A stretch of 64,000 nt of DNA from Raillietiella orientalis (taxonomy: Eukaryota). Numbering within the stretch: position 1 is the first letter of the stretch; each line of letters opens with the position of its first letter. The translations under genes and the position numbers were made by a program. The notes under the pieces were generated by a model that ran no database searches, had not been told where the DNA came from, and saw nothing but the letters and a program-made list of their open reading frames with translations. Shown here in pieces: positions 49,325 through 62,800 of the stretch. The stretch lies in contig JAYWIR010000027.1 in NCBI GenBank assembly GCA_036172245.1, positions 2,046,001 to 2,110,000 of the forward strand, given 5' to 3'.

Positions 49325-52300
49325 ATGTGTTCCGTGCAGCTGCTGCTCCTCGTCGGCCTGGAGGCTTGCGGAGCGACCTGCCGCGCGGCGGTCGAGGCAG
49401 GGCGGGTTCGCGAGACGATCAGCCCCACGAGCCCCCCTACTCCTCCCTCGTGCCGCTCCTCGGACATGCTGGCGTGCACGTCCCACCTGGTGCTGTTCCA
49501 GCAGGGCAGCTTCGTGACCTCGAAAGAGGATCTGCAGCGGATCTGCTCGTAAGTAGGAAAAGAGGTCGCGGCGGGCGGTGGGAGCAGCTGCGGCGTTCGG
49601 GACAGGGGGAGGCGCCGCTGCTCCTCTCCTTCCTCTGCTCATTCCCAACCCACCCTCGCTTTCCACCCTTTCCACCCAAGGCGGACACGTGCCTCGCGGA
49701 ACCCTCCGGCGCTGGGTGGAAAGATGCGCTCGCGCCCTGGAACGCGGCAACTGCGCATCTACTCTGCGCGCTCGCGAGGGCCAGCCAGCAGCAGCCCCCC
49801 ACCCCCGCCCCACCCCCCGTGCCCCTTTCCGGCCACTCGCTTCTAGGAGCGAAGAGTAAAAACAGGATACAATGAAAACCAGGGGAGGGTCGGTTCTATC
49901 TCCTTTTCCCATCTTGCCCTTAGTGAGCGTTTCCTCGCTGTGCTCGGCGTAGGAGGTAAGCGCCCCAGGTGCCTCCGAGGGACAGCGAACCACGTAAACA
50001 CCCCCGTCGGGGCGTCTTCCTGTGCCGTGCCGAGGAAGCACATGCCGAGCAGGACGAAAAGCGGCCTGCCTGGAACGATTGGCGCTCGCGAGGCGGCCCG
50101 ACGAGAGCAGCGAAGCCTGCGTCCGCGTCCCTGCGTTTGTTTTAATCGGTTCGTTCCTTTTTCTTCCTATCTTGGGTCTCTGCACATCTGACGTGGCATC
50201 CCTGAAGCAGCAGCGCACTGCGAATTCCTCGATTTTTTTTTTTGTTCTCGGATGACATCGGCGTCCGACAGTAAAACGCATTTTCTTTTTCCTTTCCGTC
50301 GTGCCGCGAGGACGAAATGCTTCTATGCACACAAAGTCTCCTTATGATTATTTCCGTTTTCGCCTCCCCACCCCCCTTTCCTCCTCCTCCTCCTCCATCC
50401 TCTCTTCCTCATCGAAAAACAATGCCCTGCAGTTTGTTGGGCTGGACGCGGTCCGTGGGCGCGCCCGTCCGAAAGGAAGGCGCGACGGCTTTCTGGCGCG
50501 CGCGCCTGCCGTCTCAGCAATACCGAACGAAGCCTTTTTTCCAACGGGCCGGGTGCACCCCAGCCCCTACTCGGGGACCCGGTTCGAGTTGAAAAATCCC
50601 AAGTGTGCGTGGGGAGGAAGGAAAGGGGGGAGGGCTGGGACGGAACCGGCCGCACACGCACATCCTCACACACACACCCCACGGCCGGATTCCCGCCTGC
50701 GGGATGCCGATCGTTGGGGCTTGTGCACACAGAGCGGGAACGGAGTCCCGGTTCGCAAGTTAGCTCTAAACAGCACTTGAAGTAGTCGTGGTTGCGTTTG
50801 CACACCGCCGCGCTTTTGTTAGGCCAGAAAGTCCGCGGAAGTTTGTTCGATGAAATTACACACGGTCAGCTGCTACGAATTCCCGAAAGTAATTTCCGCA
50901 CGGTTTAACAAGCCTTTCGTAATTAAACCGCTTTCGATGGTGATGGAGAAACTTCGAAGGTGCTGAGAAACAAATCGAAAGGAGAAAATGGAAGGAAAAA
51001 AGAAAAGAATGATGATCACGGTGAGGTGACGAAGAAGAAGGCAAAAGAAGAAGAAGAAGAAGAAGGCAGAGGCAGCAAGAATGGACAGGGAACTCAGAAC
51101 GGAAGCCCAGACGAGAAAACCGGAATCCACGTCCGTTCAGGTTCTTTCATCGATTTATTTATTACTCCTCCTTATCCATCCTCAGTATTATTACCATAAT
51201 CTATTTATTCGCTCCTCTGCCAATTGCAAAGCGATATGGATGTCTATGGTTCGTCGATTGCACACGTTCCAGAATCGTCGTAATGGCTGGTCCGCTCCTG
51301 TGCGCAAAAACAAACAAACCAAAAAGAAAAGTACCGAATGCATCGAAACAGATATAAACTCATCGGGAAGCGAGAAACTGCGAGCAGGAGCAGCCGTGCG
51401 ATTTCTCTTAATGGGAGAGTTGTAAAACCGGGCAGACAGACGACCCTTTGAACCCGGTCCACGCGCTGCGGAGGAGCGCTCGATGGCTGCGTTTCCTCAC
51501 GTACAGAGAGAGGAAAGGGAGGTCGGAAGAGGAAGGTGGAACGCTTGTCGCGCGGTGGTGCCCCGGGGCTTTGACGCGTTCGCTCGCACTTGGCTGCTCC
51601 TCCGGTGGACGCCGGACGCCGCCGACAGGACGAGGGGAGGAAAGAGGACCAAGTGCGCCCGCGCGCGCTTCCTGTGCGTTTGCGCTGCTTCTCCCTTCTC
51701 TCGGAGGTGTGTTTCTCTATGAGTAGCGCACGACACGAATCCGGGAGGTAAGGAGGAGGGGGTGCACCACCGCTTTGCACTGCTGGGTGGTCCGAGACCG
51801 TGCCAGAAAGCTCGGACCTCTTCCCTGGCATGCTGCTCTTTCCACGGTCAAGAGCGGGCAGCCTTGCCTTAATTCTGTCATCGAGGAAGGGGGCGGCAAC
51901 CTCCCTCGTTAATGCTTATTATGGGCTCGCACGATTGCGGTGTGCTGAGTGCGTGTCGGGTACGCGGATGTCAATTTTGTGTTTGTGTGATGCCTGGCGA
52001 GCAAATTGCCATCGCTCGTTACTCAGACGAATCATCTCGCCTCACGCATCTCGCGTTGTGGTGCCATTAAACGCCCTGATGAAAACCTCTTTCCTGTTAC
52101 GGAGGCTGGGCAGGTTTGGGCTTCCCTAAGCGTTAAGTGTCTAGCGGGATGACCCCTGGGCGAGCTCTCGCTTTTTCGCCCTTTTTCTTCCTTTCCTTCT
52201 TTTTGTTTTTTATTACGGAGGATGCGGACATCGTTCGCCCATCGGAACTCCGCCCCGAAGGCGTGGCGAGCGCAGGCGTGAAATCACACCCGAGAGTCGC

Positions 52301-54310
52301 GGACTAGGTCGAGCTCTCCGCCTGGTCGCCGGGGGCGCGCTGCGTTCCCGTCGCACTGATCTTCCTCCGTCCAGAATCAAAAAGGAGAAGGAACCTTTTG
52401 CCGACGGACCCAGCAGGGGAGCGAAATCAGGCAGGGCGTGCGCTCGGGGAGGAGTCTCGCTCGCGCTCCCACCCCCCTTCCGACCACCCCAAGTTCTCAG
52501 GATCGGGTGGACACCTGGGGTCAGACGCCTTCGTCTTGGCCCTCGGGCGTCGCGACTGCGTTCGCATTACCCCGCGGGGAGCGCAGGGCGCGCGGGTGGG
52601 AGGTGGGAGGGTGATTGTAGAGGAGGAGGAGGTGGCACGGGTGCGCGCACGCCATCCCGTATCACTTACTCGTCTCCACCTGAGGCCAGTGATGCTCTAG
52701 GGTGGGCGGAATGGGTCGGGAGAGCGGCACGCACAGGTGAGGGACCGCAACGGTGCTGACACGAACCGCCGCCGCCCTTGGGGCGTGCGGCTTTTGCCAG
52801 GTCGCTCATCAACGGGCTGCTGTGCATCGATGCGTTCACGGAGCGCTGCTTGCCCAGGCATCTGCGCGCCAACTTCACCAGGAGGTTCCATGGGTCCCGG
52901 CAGGCCATTAGCGATATTTGCACAGAAGGATCGTTCCAGGCAGGTAAACATCCCCCTTTTGTTGTTCCAGGGAGGACGGCGGTCCGGCAGCGTGGGACCG
53001 TCCTTTCCCGTCCCGGGAGGGAAGGAGGTTCGGTCCTCCGCCGTTGGCTTGACAACGGCGGGAAGGTTCTTCCCCTCCCCCTCCCTCTTTTCTCCTCCTC
53101 CTCCTCCTCCTCCTCCAGCAGCAGCGCAACCAAGAAGAGCGGTGCCTGGAAGAGGAAGCGGAAAAAAAAGGAAAGGGCAGGAGAAACGAGCAGATAACGG
53201 ACGGTCCACGCGAACTCTTCCGGCGAGGCTGTCCTTTCGTTCCCTCACCCCCACCTCTTCCCGCGAGCAGGGGGAAGGCGCGGAGGAAGGAACCTTCCCG
53301 CCTCCGGGAAGGGAAAAAAAACTGCAAGGAGGCACACCTGCGGTTTCCAGAAATTCCTCTCTTGCCTTCCCTCCCTCGCCCTCCTTCCCCAAGCGCTCGC
53401 GGCGCCACACCTCGCCTTCGCTGGAAACGGACGCGCCCGCGAGCACATCGGAAGCATCCAGGTGCTGATGGGGGCCTCCTCCTCCTCTTCCACCACCCCT
53501 TTCTTCCCCTCGCCTTCGCCGATGCCGCAGCTGGTACGAGAGTGACGAGGGCCCTCCCCGTTGTTCCTCACGTCCTCCGCCCGCCTCTCCGTTGCAGAGT
53601 ACCTGCAGCACTCCAAGTGCATGCGGGCCATCCAGGACTCCCTGACGCGCTGCAGCAGCAGCAGCGGCAGCAGCTCCGGCCACCACCACCGCACCTCCTC
53701 CGCCGATTCACCAGGAGGGACCGGAACCCCCCCGGTGGACGTGGCAAGGACAACGGATCCATGCTGGTGAGAGCGAGTCCCCTGCCCCGGGAGATTCCGG
53801 GGAATGCACGTGTGAAAGGGGAGGGGGAATTCGCGGAAATCACCGTCTTCTCTTCCCTCTCCCGCGCCCAGTGGACGAGCGGAGAGGGCGACGGAAGCGC
53901 GTTTCTTCCCTTGCTCGCTTCTCCTCTTCCGCTCGCCTTTTATTCCCTTTTTTCTTGCTTCTCTCCCTCGCAGCACCCGCCACGCCTTCCGGCAGTGCTG
54001 GGGCGCCACCGTCGCCCAGAAGTGCGGAGAGCGCGTCGCCCACTTCACGCTAGACCTGCTGGACAAGGTGGAGGCCTTCTACATCGACGTGAGAGGATGC
54101 GCGGCGGGGGTTCTCCCGCCGGATCACCCCGGGCAACCAGGAGCTTTTTGTCCTTTTCCCCAGGAGTCCTGCGCCGACCTGGACCCTCTGCTGTGCACCC
54201 CCATTTCGGGAGCGGAGCCCCTGATGGACCCGTCGGCACTCCTGGTGGCGGGGCCGACCATCCTCCTCCTCCGCTTTGCGGCACACCGCGGGATGCGGGC
54301 CGCCACGTGA
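49325..54310 (+). CDS. Cysteine-rich secreted / probable GPI-anchored protein (DUF19/DUF1397-like cysteine spacing)
   Basis: Five frame-consistent exons: 49325-49548 (MCSVQLLLLVGLEACGA..CRSSDMLAC..DLQRICS), 52801-52943 (LINGLLCIDAFTERC..DICTEG), 53598-53766 (EYLQHSKC..DPC), 53974-54088 (CTRHAFRQC..QKCG), 54164-54310 (hydrophobic tail ALLVAGPTILLL, TGA). Alternative in-frame ATG at 49196. Family assignment is tentative. Confidence 0.75.
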
Positions 54311-54384
54311 CTCTGGCGGCGCCGAGGACATCAAGTGGAATACAAGAATTTCCCGAAGGGGTGGGGTCATGGGAAGGGAGGGAG

Positions 54385-57300
54385 TTAGGGCCACACGTAG
54401 TAGTTCCTGAGGATGCGGACGCGGGGCAGGTCGCGCGAGATGCGCCCCAGGGACTCCCTGGTCATCTCGTTCAGGTCGACGACCCTGACGGCAGCGGCGG
54501 CGCCGGTGCTGACTCCTGGGAGCCACATGGAGGAAAGATTTCTCCCTTCCTCTTCCGTCTCGTCTTTTTCTCCGCTTCTCGTCAAGGGGAGGGAAGGAGA
54601 CGGCCGGAGGAGGGCGCGACGGCGCCGATGGCGGGCGCTATCTCCCGCTGCGCTGTCCTCCGCGGTTTTGCCGGGCTTCGCCGCCGCCTCGCGGGACGAT
54701 TCCAGGGGGGAGGAGGAGGAGGATCTCTCGAAGTCGACGTACTTGTAGTGCACCCGCAGTTGCCCGGAGGGCGAGTCATACACGACGGTCCGGTCCTCCG
54801 GGATCCGGGCGTCGTGGTCCCCGTCGTTGTGGCCGGAGCCTCTCAAACGCTCCGCCGCTGCCGCCGTTGCCGGGCGGCGCGCCGGTTTCCCCTCCCTGCC
54901 TAAGGAGCGGTGCAGCTTCTTGCCTTCCAGCTCCAAGGGAGTCAGAGCAAAAGAATGAACCTTCCGGGCGCCTGGGTCAAGCTGCTCACCCGCGCCACCA
55001 GAGACATCGCCTCCGCCGCCACTGTCTTCACGTCCGCCCTCGTGGCTGCAGCTGGTCGAGACGCGGCCTGGCGGCGGCAGTGGATCTTCCTCCGCCAGGG
55101 ACGTGCGCTCATTTTCTCTGGAAGAGCTCCCTGTCTGCTCCTCGGCGACCTGCTCGAGGGGAGCGTCTGTCCTGTGAGAAGCGAGGGGCTCCTCCTCCCC
55201 CTCCTCCTCCCCCTCCTTGATTTCGGGTCTCCTGGGAGGCGGCGGCGGCGCACTGCCGGAGCCCTCTCTCGTCCTGGCGAAGCTCGCTCTGCTTTCCCGT
55301 CGGTTCGGCTTGGAGGCATCGACGGCGCCCAGGGACGTTGCCGCCGCCGCCCCCGAACTCGGAATCGTCCCGGTGCACTTGTAGTACTCCAGAAAGGCGC
55401 GCGCGAGGTTTCTTCCTGCACGCATGTCTTTGGCACGCAGGTCAAGGAAGAGAAACAACCCTTCTCTTTCTTCCTCCATCCTCCCCTGAGGAGGAAGGGC
55501 GGGAACCTTCTACGCCCCCTAAAGGATACATCCCTCTTCCGTGTAGGAGACCACGGCTGACTGGCCCTCGACCCGGTATCCGTGAAAGGACACCTCCAGA
55601 GTGTAGCAGTTCACTGCCTCCTTCAGAGTGGACATGAGAAACCTGGAAGGACAGGCGCTGGGAGCAGCGGTTCGGCAGAGCCCGTCCTCCCCTCCCCCCC
55701 TTCGATCACTTCACCAGGAGTCCTCACTTCCTATCTGTCCGAGAGTGGCAGCGAGGGCTGTGCATCCTCCTCTACCGCGACAGAGGGACCAGGAACAATC
55801 ACACGATCGTTCGCCCGCCCCTCCACGAGGTCGATATGACGACCACGAGAAGGATCTCCCGAGAGGGCAGGGAAAAAAATCGAGGATAGTCGCAGTCCCT
55901 CCCAGTCCCGCTCACACTTGCCGGGATTTCGGTCCAGTGGGAACCTAAATCTTTCCTCTTTAGAGGAGGCTATTGCGACGGCCAGCGAGGGGATTGTGGC
56001 CATGTAAGCAGCCCCTCCTCCCACCCCTCACCTCCTCGTGGTGGTGCCCGCGGCGGCGGAAGCGATCTTCGAGGAGTCCTTCCGGTACACGCACTGGGCC
56101 AGGCTGAAGTCATCGGCGCATTGGTCCAGCAGCTTGGGCAGCAGGGCGTGCCTCTCGAACCTGCATCATCCCGGAGAGGAGGAGGAGTCAGAGGTGGGAG
56201 GGTAAAAGGAGGAAGGTTGCCACCGACCTATACACGTCCTCGTACGCGTTCCCGATGACAAACATGCCCAGGGCCGAGGTGTGGGCGTGGATGTCGATGC
56301 AGTGGTCCAACTCCTGGAACTGCAAGGAGACGCTGCTGCCCCGGCGCTGTCGTCCCTCGTGCCCGCCGTTCCCCGGGCGCCCGGAGCGCGTTCGGAAGGG
56401 GGAAGCCCTTCTCGCCCTCCCTCACTTCCCTTCCCTTCCCGGGGGACGGGCCGACTCCCAACCGCACCTTGTCCTGGTCCAGCTCCCTGAGCAGCCGCAA
56501 GGTGCTGTGCAAAGTGGGGTGGGACCACTCGGAGCACTCGTCCCAGCTCTGGTTCAGGTCGAACCCCATGACCGACGACCTAGAACGGTGGAATAGGCGT
56601 TCCCGAGAAGCGGCACCTGAAGAGGCCGCGGCGCGCTCCTGCCGCTCGTGGAAGGAAGGGAAGAGGGAGCGCACACCTCCCTGCCCCTCCTCCTCCCCTT
56701 TCTTCCGCCGCACGCATCCATTTGGGACGAAACGCCACATGTCTCTCCGGACGACCCCTGAGCGGGCAGAAAGCGCCGGAGACATCGCCTGGAGTCCGGC
56801 GACATCGGGGTACACCGCCCGCGCTTCGATCCAGGACCGGAGGCGGGCGGGGCGGCAATCGGTGACGCGCCCTGCCCGTCTCCCCAGCGTACCCAGAAGG
56901 CTGGCCTCCCGGAGGCGACGGCGTGAGGAGAGGGGCGGTCGCGCGCGCGCGTTTCCAGCCGGGGCGAGGGAGTCGGTAAGGGTCTCTCTGACTCCTCCTC
57001 CCAGTTCGAGACGCTGCAGCCGCTAGGCAAGGAAGACGACGCAGGAGCGCCAGAGGGGGTCCCGGAAGAGGGGCGAGCAGGCCAGGAAAGAGAGAGAGAA
57101 AAAAAAGCTGACCTGAAATTCCCCACAAACACGCCATCGGGGTTGACCATGGGCAGGATCTTGAAGACGACGTGGTCCCTCAGGGTCACAGCAATGGGAT
57201 GGCTGCTGATCAGGAACTCCAGGAGGCCTTTCGGAAGGGAAGGGGAAAGAAGGGGATGATGTTGCTGCTTCCCGCAGGATCTCCCCGGAGTTCAGGGTTG

Positions 57301-59830
57301 TCGTGAGGTTGGGGTTCAGAATGGGATGATGGCCGCGGGAGGGCGTACCGGAAGGGGCGGGGGATGGAAAGAGCCTCCTCTGGAGGAGTTTCAGACACCA
57401 GCCGCGGCATCCGACGCGAGAACATTGTGCGGAGGCGACGAACGTCGTCGTCACCTTCCCCTGTGGCCCCGTCCGCCGTCTTGCCCCCCATCGAGCTGCC
57501 ACTGAGATTCCTCTCCCCTCCCGCCTTCCCGCCTTTTTTCCTCTCCTCCTTGTCCCTCCTTGTTCCCCCTCTGCCCTGTCTTCCCAAGCGGCCTTCTTTA
57601 CTTCGAGCAGAAGAAGCGGTCCAGCACAGCATCTGAGGAAGAAGCGCCCGGACGGGCTGTCCGCGTGGAAGGACAGGACGAAGGTAAGGAGGGGCGGGGT
57701 TGTCTTCAAACCGAAGCCTCGACAATCCGGCAGGGCAACCTAGCCGACGTGTCTGCCACCTGCCCCCAGGAGCGGGCAAAGAAGGCAGGACGGGTCGGGC
57801 CGCAGCCTGGAGTGAGCGCGACCCGCTCTGCTGGGACTCTCCCGTCGGAAGGAAGGAACAGGTATACCAGGTAGGCCGATATCCCGCAGAAGGAGCGCTT
57901 ACCGCGCGCGGGAGAAGCTCCGAGAACATCCGCTCGGGGCGCTGCCTTTACCTCCACACCATCCCTCCAAACCAGCCATCGACAGCGGCACGTCCCCTTT
58001 CCACGTGGGGCCTGTGGCTCGAACCGACCCTTTCGCGTGCGCGTGCCACGACGGCATCGGCCACCGCGCCCCACGGCAATTAAGTCCCGCGCGGCGGCGG
58101 GCGTGCGGTCGGGCGTTGTCGCCGGGGAGCGCGCGCGCGCCATCAGCGCTAATTGGCGGGAGCCCAGATCGCGCTCCCGCAGGGGTTGCGTGAGCTGCTC
58201 CGAGCGGGTGGCGCCGCCTACACCTGGAGACCCCGGCGTGAGGGGATGGGGAGGGAGGAAGACTCGCGCACGCGCACGGAACGCAAGACACGCGGACGAC
58301 GACACCGTTACGGGATAGTCTGGACGGACGTCATGAAAATGCCCCAGAAACCCACGCGCGGGAGTCAGAGGTGAAGAAGGGTAACAGCTGGACCCCCTTC
58401 CTTCTTTTCCTCCTCCTCCTCCTCCTTCCCCCTTTCTCTCGGGCACGCCTAGTGTTGCTGCTCGCCTGTGCGGAGGGGGCTGGAGCGCGGAAAGGGGAGA
58501 GAGACGAGAGGAGGGAGGAAGGGCACACGGCCCTCGGCGCCCGACGATGAGAGACTAGCCGAAATGACTGACCCTCCTCTGGGAGGGGCAGAGGAAGGAG
58601 ACCCCGCACAAGCCTGTAGGGGAGGGTCGTCCGCCTCGCTCGCGCCGTGGGGGGCAGGCCGTGGGCTGGGCGAGACGTACCTTGGCACACGAACGACGAC
58701 GGCGGCTCCCCTGGGTGGACGCGGCTGCAGACGAACACGCTGCGGGCCCTGGAGGGGCCTTCCGGGGCGCCACCCGCGGCCGCCACGCTGGTCACGGTGA
58801 TGAGCTCCAATCTGCGACCTTGCTGCGAGAAGGCGGAGTCATAGCTCCGACTGAGGCGAGCGGAGGGGGGGAACGGAGGACGCTCACCAGGCTGCGCCCG
58901 ATGCACTCTCTGCGGAACCAGGGCAGCCGCTTTCCGTCGATGGCATCTAGGAACGCCTGAAGGCGCGAGTATGAATAGGGGTAGCCTAGGGCCAGTTGGT
59001 AGGCATCCCCCTCCTCATCGAACCCGAAGGCGACGGACAGCACCCAGCGGTGGCCGTGCTCCGGAGACTTGTGGTAGAAGACGAACTGCTCCGGGATCCT
59101 CTCCCTGGACAAAACGAGAAGGGGGGGAACGAAGGTCACCCTGCGCCAGGAGGGAGCGACTCACCACCTTCGCCTGCTGCTCGACTGGACCACGGGGGAC
59201 ATACCCTGGGCGAAGAGCGTCTTCGTCTTGCTGAAGTTGACGACGTTGAGCACGACGCGCTGTAAGGGGAGTCCCCGAGGACATGAGCAGGTCACGACCC
59301 TATCTCACGACCTTCCCCCCTGCCCCGGCGGTACCTGGTCCGCCCTGACGTTGTCCACCACGAAGTTGAACCACAGCCGGTAGCGGGGATTGCACGTGTC
59401 CGGCCTGACGAAGAGGTCGAACTCGAACTCGCTGACCAGGTCGACGCGCCCCAGGTTTCCTGCGGGGAGCGCAGGTCGGAGGTCGGGAGGAACATGCCCT
59501 TTCTTGCGCCCCATCTCTCAGGAGCTGGTGGCGGAGGACTCACCCGTCTCGAAGGACGCGTCGAAGCATAGGTGACCCTTCTTGGCCTTGCCCGAGTGGC
59601 CCGGGGGTCGCAGCAGCTGTCGGGTGACGTTCCCCAGGACTCCCTCGTTCTCGCTGTCCGAGCTCTCCTCTGCAAGGAAGAGAGGAGGAGGAGGTGGCGC
59701 TGCCGCCCGGGTGAACGGACGGCCGGAAGGGACAGGGGGCGGCGGTCGGGACGGACGCACCTTCGAGCGGACGGTAGTCTTCGCGCCTCAGAGGATCGTG
59801 GAAGGGGAGGGCGGTGCTCGGCGCCCTCAT
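54385..59830 (-). CDS. AGBL4: Cytosolic carboxypeptidase 6 (tubulin deglutamylase, M14D)
   Basis: Exons encode [108 protein letters not shown] and [16 protein letters not shown]. First coding exon probably ends CTC GAA G|gt at 59761; start uncertain (59830 or further upstream). Long low-complexity last exon to 54385, possibly further spliced. Confidence 0.93.
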
Positions 59831-62800
59831 CCCGCCGTCACCACTACTACCACAGCAGCAGCAGCGGCAGTTCCCCGGGAGACGCCGATAGAGGCAACAG
59901 GGAGGAGCAGAGGAGGCAGCGCCGTCCTCGCAGCCGCTAGGAGACCACCAGGACGGAAGGGGAGGGGGCGCCGTCCGTCCCGCAGAGGCGACAGGGACGG
60001 CGCTCACCAGCGCTCCCGAGAGGCCGCCGCCACCCCTTACTCCGGGTGCGCGCATGCTTCGCGCTTCTTCCGTCGCGTGACCTCGGCGATTAGAGCGCCC
60101 CACGCGCGCAGACGGTCCCTGGCCGCAGCCGCAGCCGCAGTCCGTCGCCGCGGCAACGGCGAGCTCCCGGGGGCGTCTCCGCCCCTCTCCATCCTTACCG
60201 CCCAATGGCAGCCGGCGGTTCCTCCCTCCTTCTGCACCCTCTCCCCCCTCCTCCCTCCCTCCGATCTCCATGGTTCGTAGGGCCAGCGCAGCCGCCGACG
60301 TTTACCCGGGATCACTCCTGGAAGCCCGCGCGCTGCGGACGCACGTCGCCACTGTCGCCGCCACAGGACCTCCCGGGGTGGCCGCCGATGAACGCGCAAA
60401 AAGCAGGTGAGAGCGGGCGGGTGAGCAGGGGGCAGCAGGGGTGGAGAAAGAGTCACGTTCCGCGCACGCGTACGGGGAGGAACCCTGCGGGGGAGGAAGT
60501 GATGTGACCCCTTCCCTCTCGGAGGAAGAGGTGCTGCGCGCACCGAAGGCACCGTCGGTCACCTCACCACTGTGCCTCCTCATCCGCGACCTGACGCCTC
60601 ATCCGCCTCCAGAAGCGCAAGAACGAAGCGCCCTTCCCCTTTCCTTCAAAGGACATCCCATCCCCTTCTTTCAGAAAGAGGAGGATGGAGAGGCTCCCGA
60701 GCACCAAGGATCCAGGCACCCCCACGCGCACGAAGCGTGGGGGTCCGATGCCTGGAGACGACGCGATGAGGGGGGAGAGGGGCTCGCGCACGCGACGCCG
60801 CCGGACAAAGCGAGCGGGACTTCCGCTTCCCTTCTTTCCGACGCATCCGGTTCAAGGGGCGTCGGCGCTCACGAACCACCGCCCCCGGGAAGAGGCTCCT
60901 CTTGGACCTCACCGGGGGATCCTCCCGCAGAGGACATCGAAAGCGCCCAACCCGTTCCCCCTGCTGTCGAAGCGAAGCTGAAGAGGGAATGGTCGGCTTC
61001 GTTCCCTTTGCTTCCCCTAACATCCCTGAATCTTCCTGATATTCTCCTATGAGTCGGGGCGCCCCCTCCCCCTTCCCTCCCTTCTGATTGTACTGCGGCA
61101 GGAACAGAAAACGAGTAGAAGGAGAGAAATTCCCTTCCGGACTTCTTTTAAAGGACCTGCCTGCTTTCGCTTCCCGGGATGTTCCCCTAACTCGGGCAAA
61201 CTCTCGTGTGACGCAACCTGCGATCTCCTGGAGCGATGGGAGCGTTCAATGACCAGGAACGGTTTCCGGAGTGAGAAGGTGGGGGGGCAGGATCCCTCTC
61301 CTCAAGCGGCGGGAAAATCGGGCTGCGCCCATTCCTACCGGCTCCCTCCGGGACTTGGTAGCTGCAGACAGCACAGCAGAACTCGAGCAGAGGGCGGAAC
61401 GCAGACGCCCCGAGTGCGATTCGCGAGCTCTGCGGGAGAGAGATCAGCGACCCTTGGTTCTTCTCCTCCACAGAAGGCTGCGGTTCATAGACGCTGCAGA
61501 TTCCCAGCGGGTTTGGTTGGAAGCCGACCTCCCCAGAGCTGCCTGCGGCCCTGACATCCCAATTCACGTCTCGGAGATACCACCTTCGCGGTAGCACTTC
61601 CGAGAGGCAGCCCTTGTCTCTTCTTTCACTCATCGTCCTCTTGGAGATCCCGCGCCCTTCCAGGCCAGGCTCATTCAGGGGATTCGCGAGCCAGAGACCC
61701 CACAGCGCCTCATAGGCCGCCGCTGTCTTTGGGGTGTTCATCTAAGTCAGAGGAACGAAAGAAGCAGAGACAGCTGGATGCGTATCCTCTCCCTTCTCCT
61801 CCTTCCCCCTCCCCTCCCCCGTTTCTACCTCTTCCCTCTGGAGAGGAAGAGCACAGAGCCAGTTCAGAATAAAAGGAGGGCGATCTAACGGTTGGGGGAG
61901 CAAAAGACCTCGAGTGTCAAGATTCTCCTGAGACAACAGGAAACAAGGCGGAGAGGATGACAGGAATTTTGATGGTCGGCTTTTTTTCCGCTTTCTCTTT
62001 TTGCCAGAGAGGAGAGGGAGACCGGAAGGTCTCCTAGTCATTTGTTTCGAAAAAGGACTATCCGACAAACAAACTGCGGCATTGTACTTTTGAAAGAGAT
62101 TTCGCCTCTCAGAAATGCCAGATATTTCTGAAATGAATGGAAGCACACGGAAGCCTATTCGCTCCACCACACGTTGTTCGCGCGCAGAAATGGATGGATG
62201 TCTCAGAATGAAGAGAGACACGAAAAGGCTTTCTCTCTTCTTTCTCCTACGAAGAAGGAAGAAGCCTCCAGCCATGGCTGCAAATGCAAGAGCCTGGACA
62301 CGCCCTCCTTACGTTCCCATGCGCACACATGCACATCGAGATTCACGAGGAAATCCTTCAGGAACGGCTTATCATTCGATCACCCCAAACAAATAGCACA
62401 TGTTGGTAGATTTCCCATTTTCGTATATGGAGCACCTCACTGCCCACTTTCTATTTCTTTGAAACAGAAAATCTCGTCGATTTCGTTTGACAACCATCTA
62501 GAATACAGGGTTTGAGATCTTCCAGGCAGTTACGTTGACATGTCTGTTTCAAACTTATCAAGACTTCCATTTCTCCTGCATTTCTGTCTTGCACGAAACA
62601 TCTCTGCTGTCATCTTTGACACTTGTTGCTCGCAGTGAACGAATGCAAAAGCTCGCAAGAACAAAAACAAAATCTTTCCTGCATATACTGGAGATGCAAA
62701 GTCACTTTGTCATGCCACTTCTAAATTTGATGCTTGTATTCACAAACGTTTCCAAGAAAACAAAAGTATCGTCCTCTGCCTTCATTCCCCATTGTCTTAA

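Noticed and set aside
47400..54903. Very long ORFs 48218-49552, 48944-50332 and 53362-54903
   Set aside because: Only short internal parts correspond to real exons of the Cys-rich gene. The rest is GC-rich intron/UTR or antisense to AGBL4.
24642..59830. Functional cluster of germline/chromosome/cilia genes (ZCWPW1, CAP-D2, AGBL4)
   Set aside because: They are interspersed with unrelated genes and there is no evidence of co-regulation from sequence alone.
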